Shown: positions 9,554 to 20,189, counted from the first letter of the stretch. The stretch is 64,000 nucleotides of DNA from Pseudomonadota bacterium (GCA_016702545.1 JADJDT010000002.1:16834-80833); one strand, 5' to 3'. A program made the numbers and translations. Notes: generated by a model not told the origin, from the letters alone.

Positions 9554-10039
9554 CTACTTCCCGGTCACGGCGAACGGCATCAAGGCGAGGATGCGCGCGC
9601 GCTTGATCGCCAGCGCGACCTGCCGCTGGTGCTTGGCGTTATTGCCGCAGATGCGCCGCGGCACGATCTTGCCGCGTTCCGTGATGAAGTTGCGCAGCAG
9701 CTGGGGATCCTTGTAATCGATCACCAGGCTCGGGTCGGCGAGGAAGCGATCGACCTTGCGCCGCCCGAAGCTGCGCCGGCGACCGCCACCACCGCCACCG
9801 CCACCACCACCACCGCCGTAGCCACCACCGCCGCCGCCACCGCCGTAGCCGCCGCCGCCGTAGCCACCACCACCGCCGTAGCCGCCGCCACCGCCGCCGC
9901 CGCCATAGCCGCCGCCGCCACCACCGCCGCCACCGTAGCCGCCGCCGCCGCCGCCGCCACCGTAGCCGCCGCCGCCGCCGCCACCGTAGCCGCCGCCACT
10001 GCTGCTGGCACCCCTCGAGCTAGATTGCTGGCCCATCAC
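9554..10039 (-). CDS. rpsR: 30S ribosomal protein S18 with about 85-aa Gly/Tyr-rich N-terminal low-complexity extension
   Basis: C-terminal 72 aa ([16 protein letters not shown]...[10 protein letters not shown]) is canonical S18. ATG overlaps the rpsF stop (ATGA coupling). N-terminus consists of (G)nYG repeats. Confidence 0.85.
   Translation of the reverse strand: MMGQQSSSRGASSSGGGYGGGGGGGYGGGGGGGGYGGGGGGGGGYGGGGGGGGYGGGGGYGGGGYGGGGGGGGYGGGGGGGGGGGGRRRSFGRRKVDRFLADPSLVIDYKDPQLLRNFITERGKIVPRRICGNNAKHQRQVALAIKRARILALMPFAVTGK
9775..10000. repeat. GGC-rich triplet tandem repeat (CCGCCACC / GTAGCC units) encoding the S18 Gly/Tyr tract
   Basis: Visible as near-perfect GCC/GGC/GTA triplet reiteration on the + strand. 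Confidence 0.9.
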
Positions 10040-10668
10040 TTCGCCTCCCCTTCGCCGCTCGCCGCGCCGTCGCCGGCCGCTTCGCCAGCGGCCTCAGCGG
10101 CCACGTTCTCGCCCGGGCCATCGGCCGCGGCAACTTGGTCATCCGACGCACCGACCGCGGCAGCACGCTTTCGCGGGCGCACCTCGTCGTCCTCGCCCTC
10201 GTCGTCCTCACCGTCGCCGCGCTCGCCGTCCCCGTCTTCGTCCTCGGTGGTGCGACCGAGGTAGTAGTCCTCTTCATCGAGGCGCGTCTCGGCCGCCGCG
10301 ACGAAGGTCTCCCCGGTCACATCGGAGGGCCGAGCATTGGGATCGACGTCCGCATCGACCTTGATCGACAAGAAGCGGATGACGAGGTCCATCAGCCGCA
10401 GATTGCGCTCGACCTCGGCCACCAGCTGCGGCGGCGCGAGGTAGCGCCAATAGAGGTAGATCCCCTTGTGGTGCTTTTCGATCTCATAGGCGAGCTTGCG
10501 CTTGCCCCAGTTCTCCACCCGCAACAGCTTGCCCTGGGCCTGCTCGATCACCTCGCGAATACGCCCGTTGACCTGCTGGAGCTGCTCGCTCGTCGCCTCG
10601 GGCCGCAGGATGTAGATCGTTTCGTACTCGCGCTGGGTCCCGGGTTGGTCCCGCATTGATTGCAGCAT
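10036..10668 (-). CDS. rpsF: 30S ribosomal protein S6 with acidic C-terminal tail
   Basis: [12 protein letters not shown]...[16 protein letters not shown]. Start at internal ATG (MLQSMRD) preceded by AGGAG with 5-nt spacer; the listed upstream extension is untranslated leader. Confidence 0.9.
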   Translation of the reverse strand: MLQSMRDQPGTQREYETIYILRPEATSEQLQQVNGRIREVIEQAQGKLLRVENWGKRKLAYEIEKHHKGIYLYWRYLAPPQLVAEVERNLRLMDLVIRFLSIKVDADVDPNARPSDVTGETFVAAAETRLDEEDYYLGRTTEDEDGDGERGDGEDDEGEDDEVRPRKRAAAVGASDDQVAAADGPGENVAAEAAGEAAGDGAASGEGEAK

Positions 10669-10982
10669 GTGTTCTCCTCGCGGTTGTTGAGCCCCCGTTC
10701 GAGACGGGAGCAAGGAGTCGCCGCTCGCACCATGCGAGACGGCGGCCGAGCCGCGCTGCCTGGCGGCCCGGCCGAGAGCGTGTCCGATACCGCTCTCGGC
10801 GGAAAAAGGCAAGCTCGCGATCCCGCGCCAGCGGGTCCTAAGGACCCGCTCGGAAATAACTTGATCAACTGGGCGTTGAGCCGGGAAGGCGCAGCGACGA
10901 AGGAATACTGTTGGTATTGCGAGGCGCAGGCGGGATGGATCGACGGCCAGATGGATGAGTTATTTCCGAGCGGGTCCTAACC
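10669..10982 (-). promoter_or_regulatory. pth-rpsF intergenic region with several hairpins/inverted repeats; candidate rpsF promoter and structured leader
   Basis: 10-bp perfect hairpin GCCGAGAGCG-n10-CGCTCTCGGC (10771..10800). Palindrome GGGTCCTAAGGACCC inside a 22-nt inverted-repeat pair (10831..10860 and 10959..10980), the second copy overlapping the pth stop. Confidence 0.4.
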
Positions 10983-11579
10983 CCCAGCGGGCGGATCCTC
11001 ATCGTCGGCGCGGTTGTGGCGGTTCATCGCAGCGCTCAGGCCCTCGCCTAGCACCATCGTCGCGGCGTCGGCCGCGCGCACCAGCGCACGCTCGAGCAAG
11101 GGGCGGTCGGCCGGCTGAAAGCCGCCGAGCACATGATCGGTGACCTCACCGACGCGAGGGCGCCCGACGCCGATCCGCACGCGGATGAAGTCGCCGTCAC
11201 CGAGCCGCTCGATCATCGAGCGGATGCCGCGATGACCACCGTCACCGCCCCCCCGCTTGACGCGCAGCCGCCCGAGCGGCAGGTCGATGTCGTCGTGCAG
11301 GACGAGCAGCTGGCTCGGCTCGACGCGGTAGAAGCGCGCCGCGGCGACGACGCTCTGGCCGCTCAGGTTCATGTAGGTCTGGGGCTTGAGCAGGACGGCG
11401 GAGATTCCCCCGCCGAGCGCCCCTACCGCCGCCTCGGCGTCGAGTCGCGGCGCACCACGCCAACTCAGGCCCGCATCGGCCGCCAGCAGCTCGGCCACGC
11501 GAAAGCCGACGTTGTGCCGACTCTCGGCGTAGCGCGCGCCCGGATTGCCCAGGCCGACGACCAGCCAGCGCGCACTCAC
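10977..11579 (-). CDS. pth: Peptidyl-tRNA hydrolase
   Basis: LVVGLGNPGARYAESRHNVGF, MNLSGQSV, HDDIDLPLGRLRVKRGGGDGGHRGIRS. GTG start 8 nt after the rplY stop; the listed ATG-started ORF would overlap rplY by about 280 nt. Confidence 0.85.
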   Translation of the reverse strand: MSARWLVVGLGNPGARYAESRHNVGFRVAELLAADAGLSWRGAPRLDAEAAVGALGGGISAVLLKPQTYMNLSGQSVVAAARFYRVEPSQLLVLHDDIDLPLGRLRVKRGGGDGGHRGIRSMIERLGDGDFIRVRIGVGRPRVGEVTDHVLGGFQPADRPLLERALVRAADAATMVLGEGLSAAMNRHNRADDEDPPAGG

Positions 11580-11587
11580 GACAGCTA

Positions 11588-12313
11588 CTACTTGCCGCCG
11601 CCCTTCGCCGGGGCGGACGACGCCGCCGCGCCAGCCGCCGGAGCCGCTGCCGCCGCGCCCTCGGCCGCGCCCTCGGCCGCACCCTCGGTGGCCGCCGTCT
11701 CGGTCTCGGCCGCACGCCGCGGCAACATCACGCTCGCCAACGTCTGCTCGGCCGGCAGGCAGACTCGCACCCCGGCCGGGAGCGCCAGTTGACCGACGCT
11801 GAGCAGGTCGTTGAGCTTGAGCGGCGTGATGTCGACGACGAAGCGCGCCGGGATCTTGTCCGGCGGGCACTCGACCTCGAGCGCGCGGAAGACCTGATTC
11901 AGCACACCCCCCAGGATCAACCCTTCGGGCCGCCCCTCGAGCACCAGCGGTACCCGCACCCGCACCGGCTTGTCGAGCCGCACACGGATGAAGTCGACAT
12001 GGGTGATCGCGCGGCTGAGCTGGTGGACCTGGAAGTCCTTGAGCAGCACCTGCTGCTGCTCGCTGGCCCGACCCGCTTCTGCCCCGTCCTCGGCCGACGC
12101 TTCGATCGTCAGCTCGATCAGGGTGTTCTCGCGCTTCTCCGGATCGATCGCGGCGTGCAGCTCGGCGGGGCTCAGCGCCAGAGCCACGCTCTCGCCGCCC
12201 GCGCCATACACCACTGCGGGCACCAGGCCACGCTGGCGCAGCTTGCGCGCCACGCCCGTGCCCCGCCCCGTCCGCCGCGTTACCGTCAGCTTGCCGACGT
12301 GCATGTCAATCAT
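11588..12313 (-). CDS. rplY: 50S ribosomal protein L25 / general stress protein Ctc
   Basis: L25 N-terminal domain (RRTGRGTGVARKLRQRGLVPAVVYG) plus Ctc-type C-terminal domain and Ala/Glu-rich tail. Confidence 0.9.
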   Translation of the reverse strand: MIDMHVGKLTVTRRTGRGTGVARKLRQRGLVPAVVYGAGGESVALALSPAELHAAIDPEKRENTLIELTIEASAEDGAEAGRASEQQQVLLKDFQVHQLSRAITHVDFIRVRLDKPVRVRVPLVLEGRPEGLILGGVLNQVFRALEVECPPDKIPARFVVDITPLKLNDLLSVGQLALPAGVRVCLPAEQTLASVMLPRRAAETETAATEGAAEGAAEGAAAAAPAAGAAASSAPAKGGGK

Positions 12314-12408
12314 CTCTACACCTACCCATTCTCAGTCCGACCCGGCGGCGCCGGGGCCGCGGCCGTCACAGCAGCGCCCACCCTCCATGCCCGACATGAC
12401 TGCATGCC

Positions 12409-13353
12409 TTACATGAAGAGCGAGCTGATCGAATCCCCATGGTGAATACGCTTGATGGCCTCGGCCAAGAGCTTGGCCACCGATAGCACCTTGATCTTCT
12501 CGGTCCCGGGCTTGCCCATCGCCAGCGGAATCGAGTTGGTGACCACGACCTCGGCCAGCGCCGACGCCGCGATCCGCGTGAGCGCCGGTCCCGAGAACAC
12601 GCCGTGCGCAGCCGTCGCGATCACCCGATTGGCGCCGTTGGCCATCGCGATCTCTGCCGCCTGCGCCAAGGTGCCGGCGGTGTCGATCAGGTCGTCGACG
12701 ATCATGGCGTCCTTGCCGCGGACGTCGCCGATCAGGTGCATGGCCTGGCTGACGTTCGGTGCCTCGCGCCGCTTGTCGATGATCGCCAGCGAGGCGCCCA
12801 GCCGCTTGGAAAAGGCGCGCGCGCGCTCGACGCCCCCAGCATCCGGCGACACGACGACCACCTCCTGGCCGTACAACCGTTCGCGCAGATAGTCGATCAG
12901 CACCGGCATCGAGAACAGATGATCGAAGGGGATGTTGAAGAAGCCCTGGATCTGCCCGGCGTGGAGGTCCATCGAGAGCATGCGATTGGCGCCCGCGGCC
13001 GTGATCAGATCCGCGACCAGCTTGGCGGAGATCGGCGTGCGCGGCTTGACCTTGCGGTCCTGACGCCCGTAGCCGAAGTAGGGCGCGATGGCGATGATCG
13101 AGCCGGCCGATGCGCGCTTGAGCGCATCGATCATCACCAGCAGCTCCATCAGGTTCTGGTTGACCGGAGAGCAGGTCGGCTGCACGACGAAGCAGTTCGC
13201 CCCGCGCACGTTCTCGCCGATCTCGACGAAGGACTCGCCGTCCGAGAACTCGGTCACCCGCGCGGCGCCCAGCGGCACCTCCATGTGCCTGCAGATCTCT
13301 TCCGCCAGCGGCCGGTTGGCGTTGCCGGTAAATATGGCGAGAGACCTGAGCAT
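12409..13353 (-). CDS. prs: Ribose-phosphate pyrophosphokinase
   Basis: MLRSLAIFTGNANRPLAEEI start with GGAG upstream; DLHAGQIQGFF and PRPP-binding VDDLIDTAGT. The listed longer ORF runs through the tRNA. Confidence 0.95.
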   Translation of the reverse strand: MLRSLAIFTGNANRPLAEEICRHMEVPLGAARVTEFSDGESFVEIGENVRGANCFVVQPTCSPVNQNLMELLVMIDALKRASAGSIIAIAPYFGYGRQDRKVKPRTPISAKLVADLITAAGANRMLSMDLHAGQIQGFFNIPFDHLFSMPVLIDYLRERLYGQEVVVVSPDAGGVERARAFSKRLGASLAIIDKRREAPNVSQAMHLIGDVRGKDAMIVDDLIDTAGTLAQAAEIAMANGANRVIATAAHGVFSGPALTRIAASALAEVVVTNSIPLAMGKPGTEKIKVLSVAKLLAEAIKRIHHGDSISSLFM

Positions 13354-13374
13354 GGCGAAGCTCCTAGCACCGAG

Positions 13375-13446
13375 TTGGGGCGGCAGGATTCGAACCTGCG
13401 AGTGCGGGAACCAAAGTCCCGTGACTTGCCACTTGTCGACGCCCCA
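13375..13446 (-). tRNA. tRNA-Gln (anticodon UUG)
   Basis: Minus-strand sequence TGGGGCG...CGGGA-CTTTGGT-TCCCG...GCAGGTTCGAATCCTGC-CGCCCCA: 7-bp acceptor stem, anticodon loop CUUUGGU, T-arm GGTTCGAATCC. Ends are approximate (+/-2 nt). Confidence 0.75.
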
Positions 13447-13615
13447 AAGACACCAGCCGAAAGAAACCGGCCCAGAGACACGAGCCACCTAGTGACACAC
13501 GCTAGGTAGCAGAAGGCGGCCGGTCGTGAGCTGCGCCGTGGGGTGCCAGACTGCCGTCGATTTGTATCGCCAAAGTGGAGCGACGCCGAATCCGCCCCGC
13601 GCCTGCCGCGCACGC

Positions 13616-14512
13616 TTATAGGGGATCCCTTCGCTCGCTGTCAAGCTCGCCGGCGCACACGGCCAGGGCTGGAATACCGGTGGAAACTGCCAATTCCGCG
13701 ACTGCCACGCCAGTCTCCTCGGCGCTCTCGAAGACGCCGAAAACCGTCGGCCCGCTGCCGGTCATGCAGGCCGCGCGGGCACCGGCGCCGAGCAGGTGGC
13801 GCTTGAGCTCGGCCACCGCCGGGCAGAGCCGGATCGCCGGCGCTTCGAGATCGTTGGCGATCCAGGGCAGCACGGAGGCAAGGGATCCCGTCGGCGGCGG
13901 CAGCGCCGGGGGCGCGGGCGCCCGCGCGCCGCGTGCGAGGCCGAGCGCGGCATATACGGAGGCCGTCGGCAGCGGCTGGCCCGGGTTGAGCAGCACCAGG
14001 TGAAGCGGCGGCACGCCGGGGAAGGGCGCGAGCTCTTCACCGACGCCGCGGGCGCGCGCCACGCGGGGTTGCAGGAAGAAGGGCAGGTCGGCGCCGAGCT
14101 CGAGCGCCAGCGCCGCCAGCGCCGCCGGCCCCAGCCCGCGACCCGCGGCGGCGAAGTGCGCCTCGAGGGCCCGCAGCACCGCGGACCCGTCGCTCGAACC
14201 GCCCCCCAACCCGGCGGCCGCCCAGATACGCTTGGTCACGCGCAGGCTGACGGCGGCCGTCGCGCCCACGCGCTCGAGGTAGCGCTGCGCGGCGCGTGCG
14301 GCGAGGTTCTGCGCGCCATCCAGCTCGGGGCGCTCGGGACAGACACAGCTCACCGTCGTCTGGGCCGCCGGCTCGCAGCGCAACTCCACCGTGTCCGCCA
14401 GGCTCAAGGGCACGAACACGCTGTCGAGCTCGTGATAGCCATCGACGCGCCGCCCCAGCACGCGCAGCGAGAGGTTGATCTTCGCGGGCGCCCGCAGCGT
14501 GACGTGCAGCAT
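13616..14512 (-). CDS. ispE: 4-(cytidine 5'-diphospho)-2-C-methyl-D-erythritol kinase
   Basis: MLHVTLRAPAKINLSLRV start, GHMP kinase motif GLGGGSSDGSAV; listed ORF has a non-coding upstream extension through the G/C tracts. Confidence 0.9.
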   Translation of the reverse strand: MLHVTLRAPAKINLSLRVLGRRVDGYHELDSVFVPLSLADTVELRCEPAAQTTVSCVCPERPELDGAQNLAARAAQRYLERVGATAAVSLRVTKRIWAAAGLGGGSSDGSAVLRALEAHFAAAGRGLGPAALAALALELGADLPFFLQPRVARARGVGEELAPFPGVPPLHLVLLNPGQPLPTASVYAALGLARGARAPAPPALPPPTGSLASVLPWIANDLEAPAIRLCPAVAELKRHLLGAGARAACMTGSGPTVFGVFESAEETGVAVAELAVSTGIPALAVCAGELDSERRDPL

Positions 14513-14520
14513 CGGTCGGC

Positions 14521-14625
14521 ACCTTTCCCCCCCCCGACGCCGGAGGCCGCCACTGGGCGGGAAGGGGCGGGGGGGGGCGGCCCCCGCCGCGGGGGGGGGG
14601 GGGGCCGGGGCCGCCGGGAGGGCGA
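14521..14625. repeat. Homopolymer / G-quadruplex-forming tracts (C10, GGGCGGGAAGGGGCGGGGGGGGG, G14)
   Basis: Directly visible runs immediately upstream of ispE in the ispE-glmS divergent intergenic region. Confidence 0.9.
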
Positions 14626-15500
14626 CGGCGCCGTGCCACAAGCGGCCGGTCCACGCGCCGGACGCGGTCGCCTCAGGGGGCGGCGTGCCTCCGACTGCGA
14701 AAGACGCCCTGCGCGGCAGGCGGAGCGGGCGGCCCCTCGCAGCGCTGTGACCCGCTGGAGCAGGTCTTTGACAGCTTCGTTACCACGGGGCAAGCGTCCG
14801 AAGGCGCCGGGGCCGAGCGGTTGTCAGCACCCTCAACACGGGGGCGTCCCGCGAAGCACCACTGGAGCCAGCACATTTGGACCTGGAAGCTGGCAGCCGT
14901 GGTAGGCTGCAGGGAGCACCGAGGGGCCCCCGGGGCGCGCCGGGGGGCCGGCTCGGCGGGGCACGAGCTCAAGACCACGGCGATCGCCACTGCGAGGTTT
15001 CTCTGCCCTGCCTTCACGTGTAGGAACCTCATCGCCTGATCCAGGACCTCGGCCGGTGCAGCGGGTCGCGACCGGTGGGTAGCACTCTCTCCTACATTTC
15101 ACCGCACGAGGCAAGCACGTTTTTGCACACGGGACGAACACGCCTCCCGGATCGGGAGCGATCGGCCCCGCGACGGGCTCGGCGCCGAGGGCAAGGATCC
15201 GCCAACACCGCAGGGCTCACGGTAGCGGCAGGAGTCGCAACGCGGTCCCTGGGCGTACAAGACGAGTGAGGGGGGGCATCCCCTCACCGGGAGGCGTACG
15301 AAGCGCATGCATCCCTTCGCCGGCCTGCTCTCCGCCACCCGGCCCATCGCAGCCCCGCGGCCGCGGGCCGTGTTCCCCGCGCGGCCCTTGTGCGAGGGAC
15401 ATGCTGGGCTATGATGCCGCCGCCCGCGCGGCGGGTTCGGCAGGTGCTGCCGTGCGCTGCCGGCGGGGTCGCCGGAGAGGGCCGGAGAGGAGCGTCCAGG

Positions 15501-17318
<1,818 letters not shown>

Positions 17319-17335
17319 CCGATGAGGAGTAGCCG

Positions 17336-18280
17336 ATGACGACCCTCCCCCACAGCACGGTGGCGATCATCGGCACCGGGCCCGCCGGCTACACGGCCGC
17401 GCTCTACACCGCGCGCGCCGAGCTGGCGCCCGTGGTGATCGATGGCGTGCAGCCCGGCGGTCAGCTGACGACGACGACCGAGGTCGAGAACTACCCCGGC
17501 TTCCCGCAGGGCATCCAGGGCCCGGACCTGATGGAGCTGCTGCGCCAGCAAGCGCTGCGCTTCGGCGCGCACTACCTCGGGGGTGTGGTCGATCGCGTCG
17601 ACTTCGGCCAGCGACCCTTCCTGCTTTACGTCGATGGCCAAGCGCGCAGCGCGGACGCCGTGATCATCTGCACCGGGGCCTCGGCCAAGTACCTCGGCCT
17701 CGAGTCCGAGCGCCGGCTGCTCGGCCACGGCGTGTCGGCCTGCGCCACCTGCGATGGCTTCTTCTACCGGGGCAAAGAGGTGGCAGTGGTCGGCGGTGGC
17801 GACACCGCGCTGGAGGAGGCGCTCTTTCTCACGCGCTTCGCCACCAAGGTGACGCTGATCCACCGCAGGGACGAGCTGCGCGGCTCGAAGATCATGCGCA
17901 AGCGCGCCCTCGAGCACCCGAAGATTACCCCGCGCTGGAACAGCGTCGTGAGCGAGGTGCTGGGCGATCCGGCGCACGGCGGGCTGCGCGGCCTGCGGCT
18001 GAAGGACCTCCGAACGGGCGCCGAAGACGAGCTGCCCTGCCACGGGCTCTTCGTCGCCATCGGCCACCAGCCCAACACGCAGCCCTTCGTCGAGTGGCTC
18101 GAGACCGACGAGCTGGGCTACCTCAAGGTGCAGCCGGGCAGCGCGCGCACCGCCATCCCCGGCATCTTCGCCGCCGGCGACGTGATCGACCGCGTCTACC
18201 GCCAGGCGATCACCGCCGCCGGCATGGGCTGCATGGCCGCCATCGACTGCGAGCGCTGGCTGGCCGAACACACGAGCTGA
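17336..18280 (+). CDS. trxB: Thioredoxin-disulfide reductase
   Basis: IIGTGPAGYTAALY FAD site, redox CATC, GGGDTALEEA NADPH site. Confidence 0.95.
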   Translation: MTTLPHSTVAIIGTGPAGYTAALYTARAELAPVVIDGVQPGGQLTTTTEVENYPGFPQGIQGPDLMELLRQQALRFGAHYLGGVVDRVDFGQRPFLLYVDGQARSADAVIICTGASAKYLGLESERRLLGHGVSACATCDGFFYRGKEVAVVGGGDTALEEALFLTRFATKVTLIHRRDELRGSKIMRKRALEHPKITPRWNSVVSEVLGDPAHGGLRGLRLKDLRTGAEDELPCHGLFVAIGHQPNTQPFVEWLETDELGYLKVQPGSARTAIPGIFAAGDVIDRVYRQAITAAGMGCMAAIDCERWLAEHTS

Positions 18281-18336
18281 GCCGTCGCCGCTCGGCGCGG
18301 CGGACGGGCTCGACCCCACCGCTCAAGAGGTGTCCA

Positions 18337-18457
18337 GGAATCGTCGCGAGCAGGCCCGAGCGCAAGGCGCCGCGAGTACCGAAGCGGAACGTACGGGCTG
18401 GTACGTGAGCATCGGAGCGCAGCGGCAACGCAGCGCTCGGGTCGCGCAGCAGATTTC
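18337..18457 (+). repeat. Copy A of a roughly 120-bp palindromic repeat family (core GAGCGCAAGGCGC...CGGAACGTACGGGCTGGTACGTGAGCA...AACGCAGCG)
   Basis: About 85% identical to 49895..50010. Central hairpin ACGTAC-GGGCTG-GTACGT; sits between trxB and the VOC gene. Confidence 0.8.
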
Positions 18458-18468
18458 TGAACGCCTCG

Positions 18469-18846
18469 TCAGGTCATCGCGTGCAGGGCGACCCGGTTGC
18501 CCTCGCTGTCCTCGAAGTGGGCGATGAAGCCGTACTGGCCGAGGTTGGTCTTCGGCTGCAGCGTCTTGCCGCCCTTGAGCTGCACGCGCTGCAGCGTGGC
18601 CTCGATGTCGGCGACCTGCAGATAGACGAGCGTGCCGGCGTGCGAGGGCTCGAAGCCCGCCCCCTGGACCAGGGTGCCGGTCGCTCCCGGCGCGTCACGG
18701 TGCATCGGAAACCAGGCCATCTTCAGCGGGCCCAGCTCGTTGAGCGCCAGCTCGAGCCCGAGCACGTGCTCGTAGAAGGCCTTGGCCCGCGCGAGGTCGC
18801 GGGCGGGGATCTCGAACCAACCAACGGGATTCTGTGGCGCAGCCAT
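18469..18846 (-). CDS. VOC family protein (glyoxalase/bleomycin-resistance/dioxygenase fold)
   Basis: 125 aa, VOC-family similarity. Confidence 0.8.
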   Translation of the reverse strand: MAAPQNPVGWFEIPARDLARAKAFYEHVLGLELALNELGPLKMAWFPMHRDAPGATGTLVQGAGFEPSHAGTLVYLQVADIEATLQRVQLKGGKTLQPKTNLGQYGFIAHFEDSEGNRVALHAMT

Positions 18847-18901
18847 TTCGACACCTCCGGAGGGCGACCGCGAGCGCTTCGCCGATCACCTCGTTAGCAC
18901 A

Positions 18902-18925
18902 GCGCGCCGCGCGCGGCGCGCCGCG
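18902..18925 (-). terminator. Perfect 10-bp GC hairpin (GCGCGCCGCG-CG-CGGCGCGC) directly after the atpE stop
   Basis: Palindrome seen in sequence. No strong U-tract follows, so it may be a pause or stability element rather than a classic intrinsic terminator. Confidence 0.4.
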
Positions 18926-18926
18926 C

Positions 18927-19280
18927 TCAGATCTTGCCCAGCAGCATGAAGGCGATGACCAGCGCGTAGATCACCAGCGACTCGATCAGCGCCAGGCCGA
19001 GGATCATCGGCGTGAAGATCTTGCCCGAGGCGCCCGGGTTGCGGGCGATGCCCTCGAGCGCGGCGGCGGCGGCGCGGGCCTGGCCGAGCGCCCCACCGAA
19101 GGCGGCGATACCGATGCCCAGGCCGCAGGCGATGCCGATGAAGGCCTTCATCGTGTATTCGTTGTCGGCGGCTCCGCCGTCGGCGGCGAAGGCCAGGCCG
19201 CCCGCCAGCAGCACCAACAGCCCCGCCAGCAGCGAGCCCAATCCCTTGAGCGTGCGTCCCTTGAGCGTGCGATTCGTCAT
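18927..19280 (-). CDS. atpE: F0F1 ATP synthase subunit c with N-terminal signal-peptide-like extension
   Basis: ARNPGASGKIFTPMILGLALIESLVIYALVIAFMLL. ATG at 19280 has a strong AAGGAG RBS, so the 43-aa N-terminal extension (RTLKGRTLKG from a 15-nt tandem duplication, then a hydrophobic stretch) is probably translated. Confidence 0.85.
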   Translation of the reverse strand: MTNRTLKGRTLKGLGSLLAGLLVLLAGGLAFAADGGAADNEYTMKAFIGIACGLGIGIAAFGGALGQARAAAAALEGIARNPGASGKIFTPMILGLALIESLVIYALVIAFMLLGKI

Positions 19281-19350
19281 CTTGCGTTACTCCTTCATCT
19301 GAGCCTGCGATCGAGCACGACTCGTCGGTGCGACTCGTCGGTGCGACTCG

Positions 19351-20187
19351 TCAATGCGACTCGTGGGCGGCCGCCTCGCCAATGTAGATCATCCCGAGCA
19401 AGGAAAAGACCAGCGTCTGCACCACGCAGACGAGCAGGCCCAACACATAGAAGGGCAGCGGGAACAGGGCCGGCACGACGAAGAGCGCGAGCGGCACGGT
19501 CAGCCGCTGGATCGTGCCGAGCAGCGTGTGGTCGGCGAACATGTTGCCCATCAAGCGGATGGCCAAGGAGAGCGGTCGCACCAACAACTGGCTGATGATC
19601 TCGATCACGAGAATCAGCGGGGCCACGTACCAGACCGGCCCGACGAAGTGCTTGAGGTAGCCGAAGCCCTGCTCCTTGAAGCCGACACCGATCGTCACGA
19701 GCAGCACCAGCAGCGAGAGCGCGAGGTTGGTTTTCAGCGTGTCGGTCGGCGGCAGGAAGCCCGGGACCAGGCCGATCACGTTGTTGCAGAGGATGAAGAA
19801 GACGTAGCTGCCGATCAGCGGCAGGAAGCGCTCGGCGTTGTGGCGCCCCATCACGCCCTCGGCGATCGAGAGCGTGGCCTCGATCACCAGCTCGAAGAAG
19901 TTGCGCACGCCGAAGCGGCGCGCGGGCAGCAGACGGTCGGGATTGCCACGCCGCAGCAGCCAGGCGAAGCGCAGCGCGAGCGCCGCGAGCAGCAACGCGA
20001 CGAAGAGCGCGACGCAAACGTGGGCGATCGAGAACGAGGTCTGGCTGCCGAAGGCCACGGTGATGATCTGGCGCGCCCAGCCCGGCCAAGGGCGCACGAC
20101 GGCCTCGCGGTGCAGGTAGTGCGCCGCGTATTCCTGCAGGTTGAAGTAGCCCGGCAGGTAGCTGAACCAGGTGTCGTGACCGCCCAT
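19351..20187 (-). CDS. atpB: F0F1 ATP synthase subunit a
   Basis: Multi-TM, conserved Arg in LAIRLMGNMFADH; start at ATG 6 nt after AGGTGG. Confidence 0.9.
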   Translation of the reverse strand: MGGHDTWFSYLPGYFNLQEYAAHYLHREAVVRPWPGWARQIITVAFGSQTSFSIAHVCVALFVALLLAALALRFAWLLRRGNPDRLLPARRFGVRNFFELVIEATLSIAEGVMGRHNAERFLPLIGSYVFFILCNNVIGLVPGFLPPTDTLKTNLALSLLVLLVTIGVGFKEQGFGYLKHFVGPVWYVAPLILVIEIISQLLVRPLSLAIRLMGNMFADHTLLGTIQRLTVPLALFVVPALFPLPFYVLGLLVCVVQTLVFSLLGMIYIGEAAAHESH

Positions 20188-20189
20188 CG

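Noticed and set aside
5796-9716. 1306-aa ORF on the plus strand
   Set aside because: Antisense to deoB/deoC/dnaB/rplI; Arg/Ala/Gly-rich low-complexity translation typical of stop-free antisense frames in 70% GC DNA. The same applies to 23800..26997 +, 33121..35070 +, 39635..42178 +, 52362..53957 +, 15099..16763 -, 19354..20577 + and 214..1128 +
9775-10000. Gly-rich coding tract as a separate ssb/priB-like gene between rpsF and rpsR
   Set aside because: The frame is continuous into the S18 core, the ATG is coupled to the rpsF stop, and there is no OB-fold sequence or acidic DDDIPF tail
12409-13488. Listed prs ORF with a 45-aa N-terminal extension
   Set aside because: The extension is the tRNA-Gln gene read in frame; the true start is the ATG at 13353 with a GGAG RBS
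15200-15300. glmS ribozyme upstream of glmS
   Set aside because: GACGAG and GGGAGG strings occur near a hairpin, but the conserved core order (AGCGCC...GAACU...GACGAGG...GGAGG...CCUCC pseudoknot) is not present; the ribozyme is also not expected in this lineage
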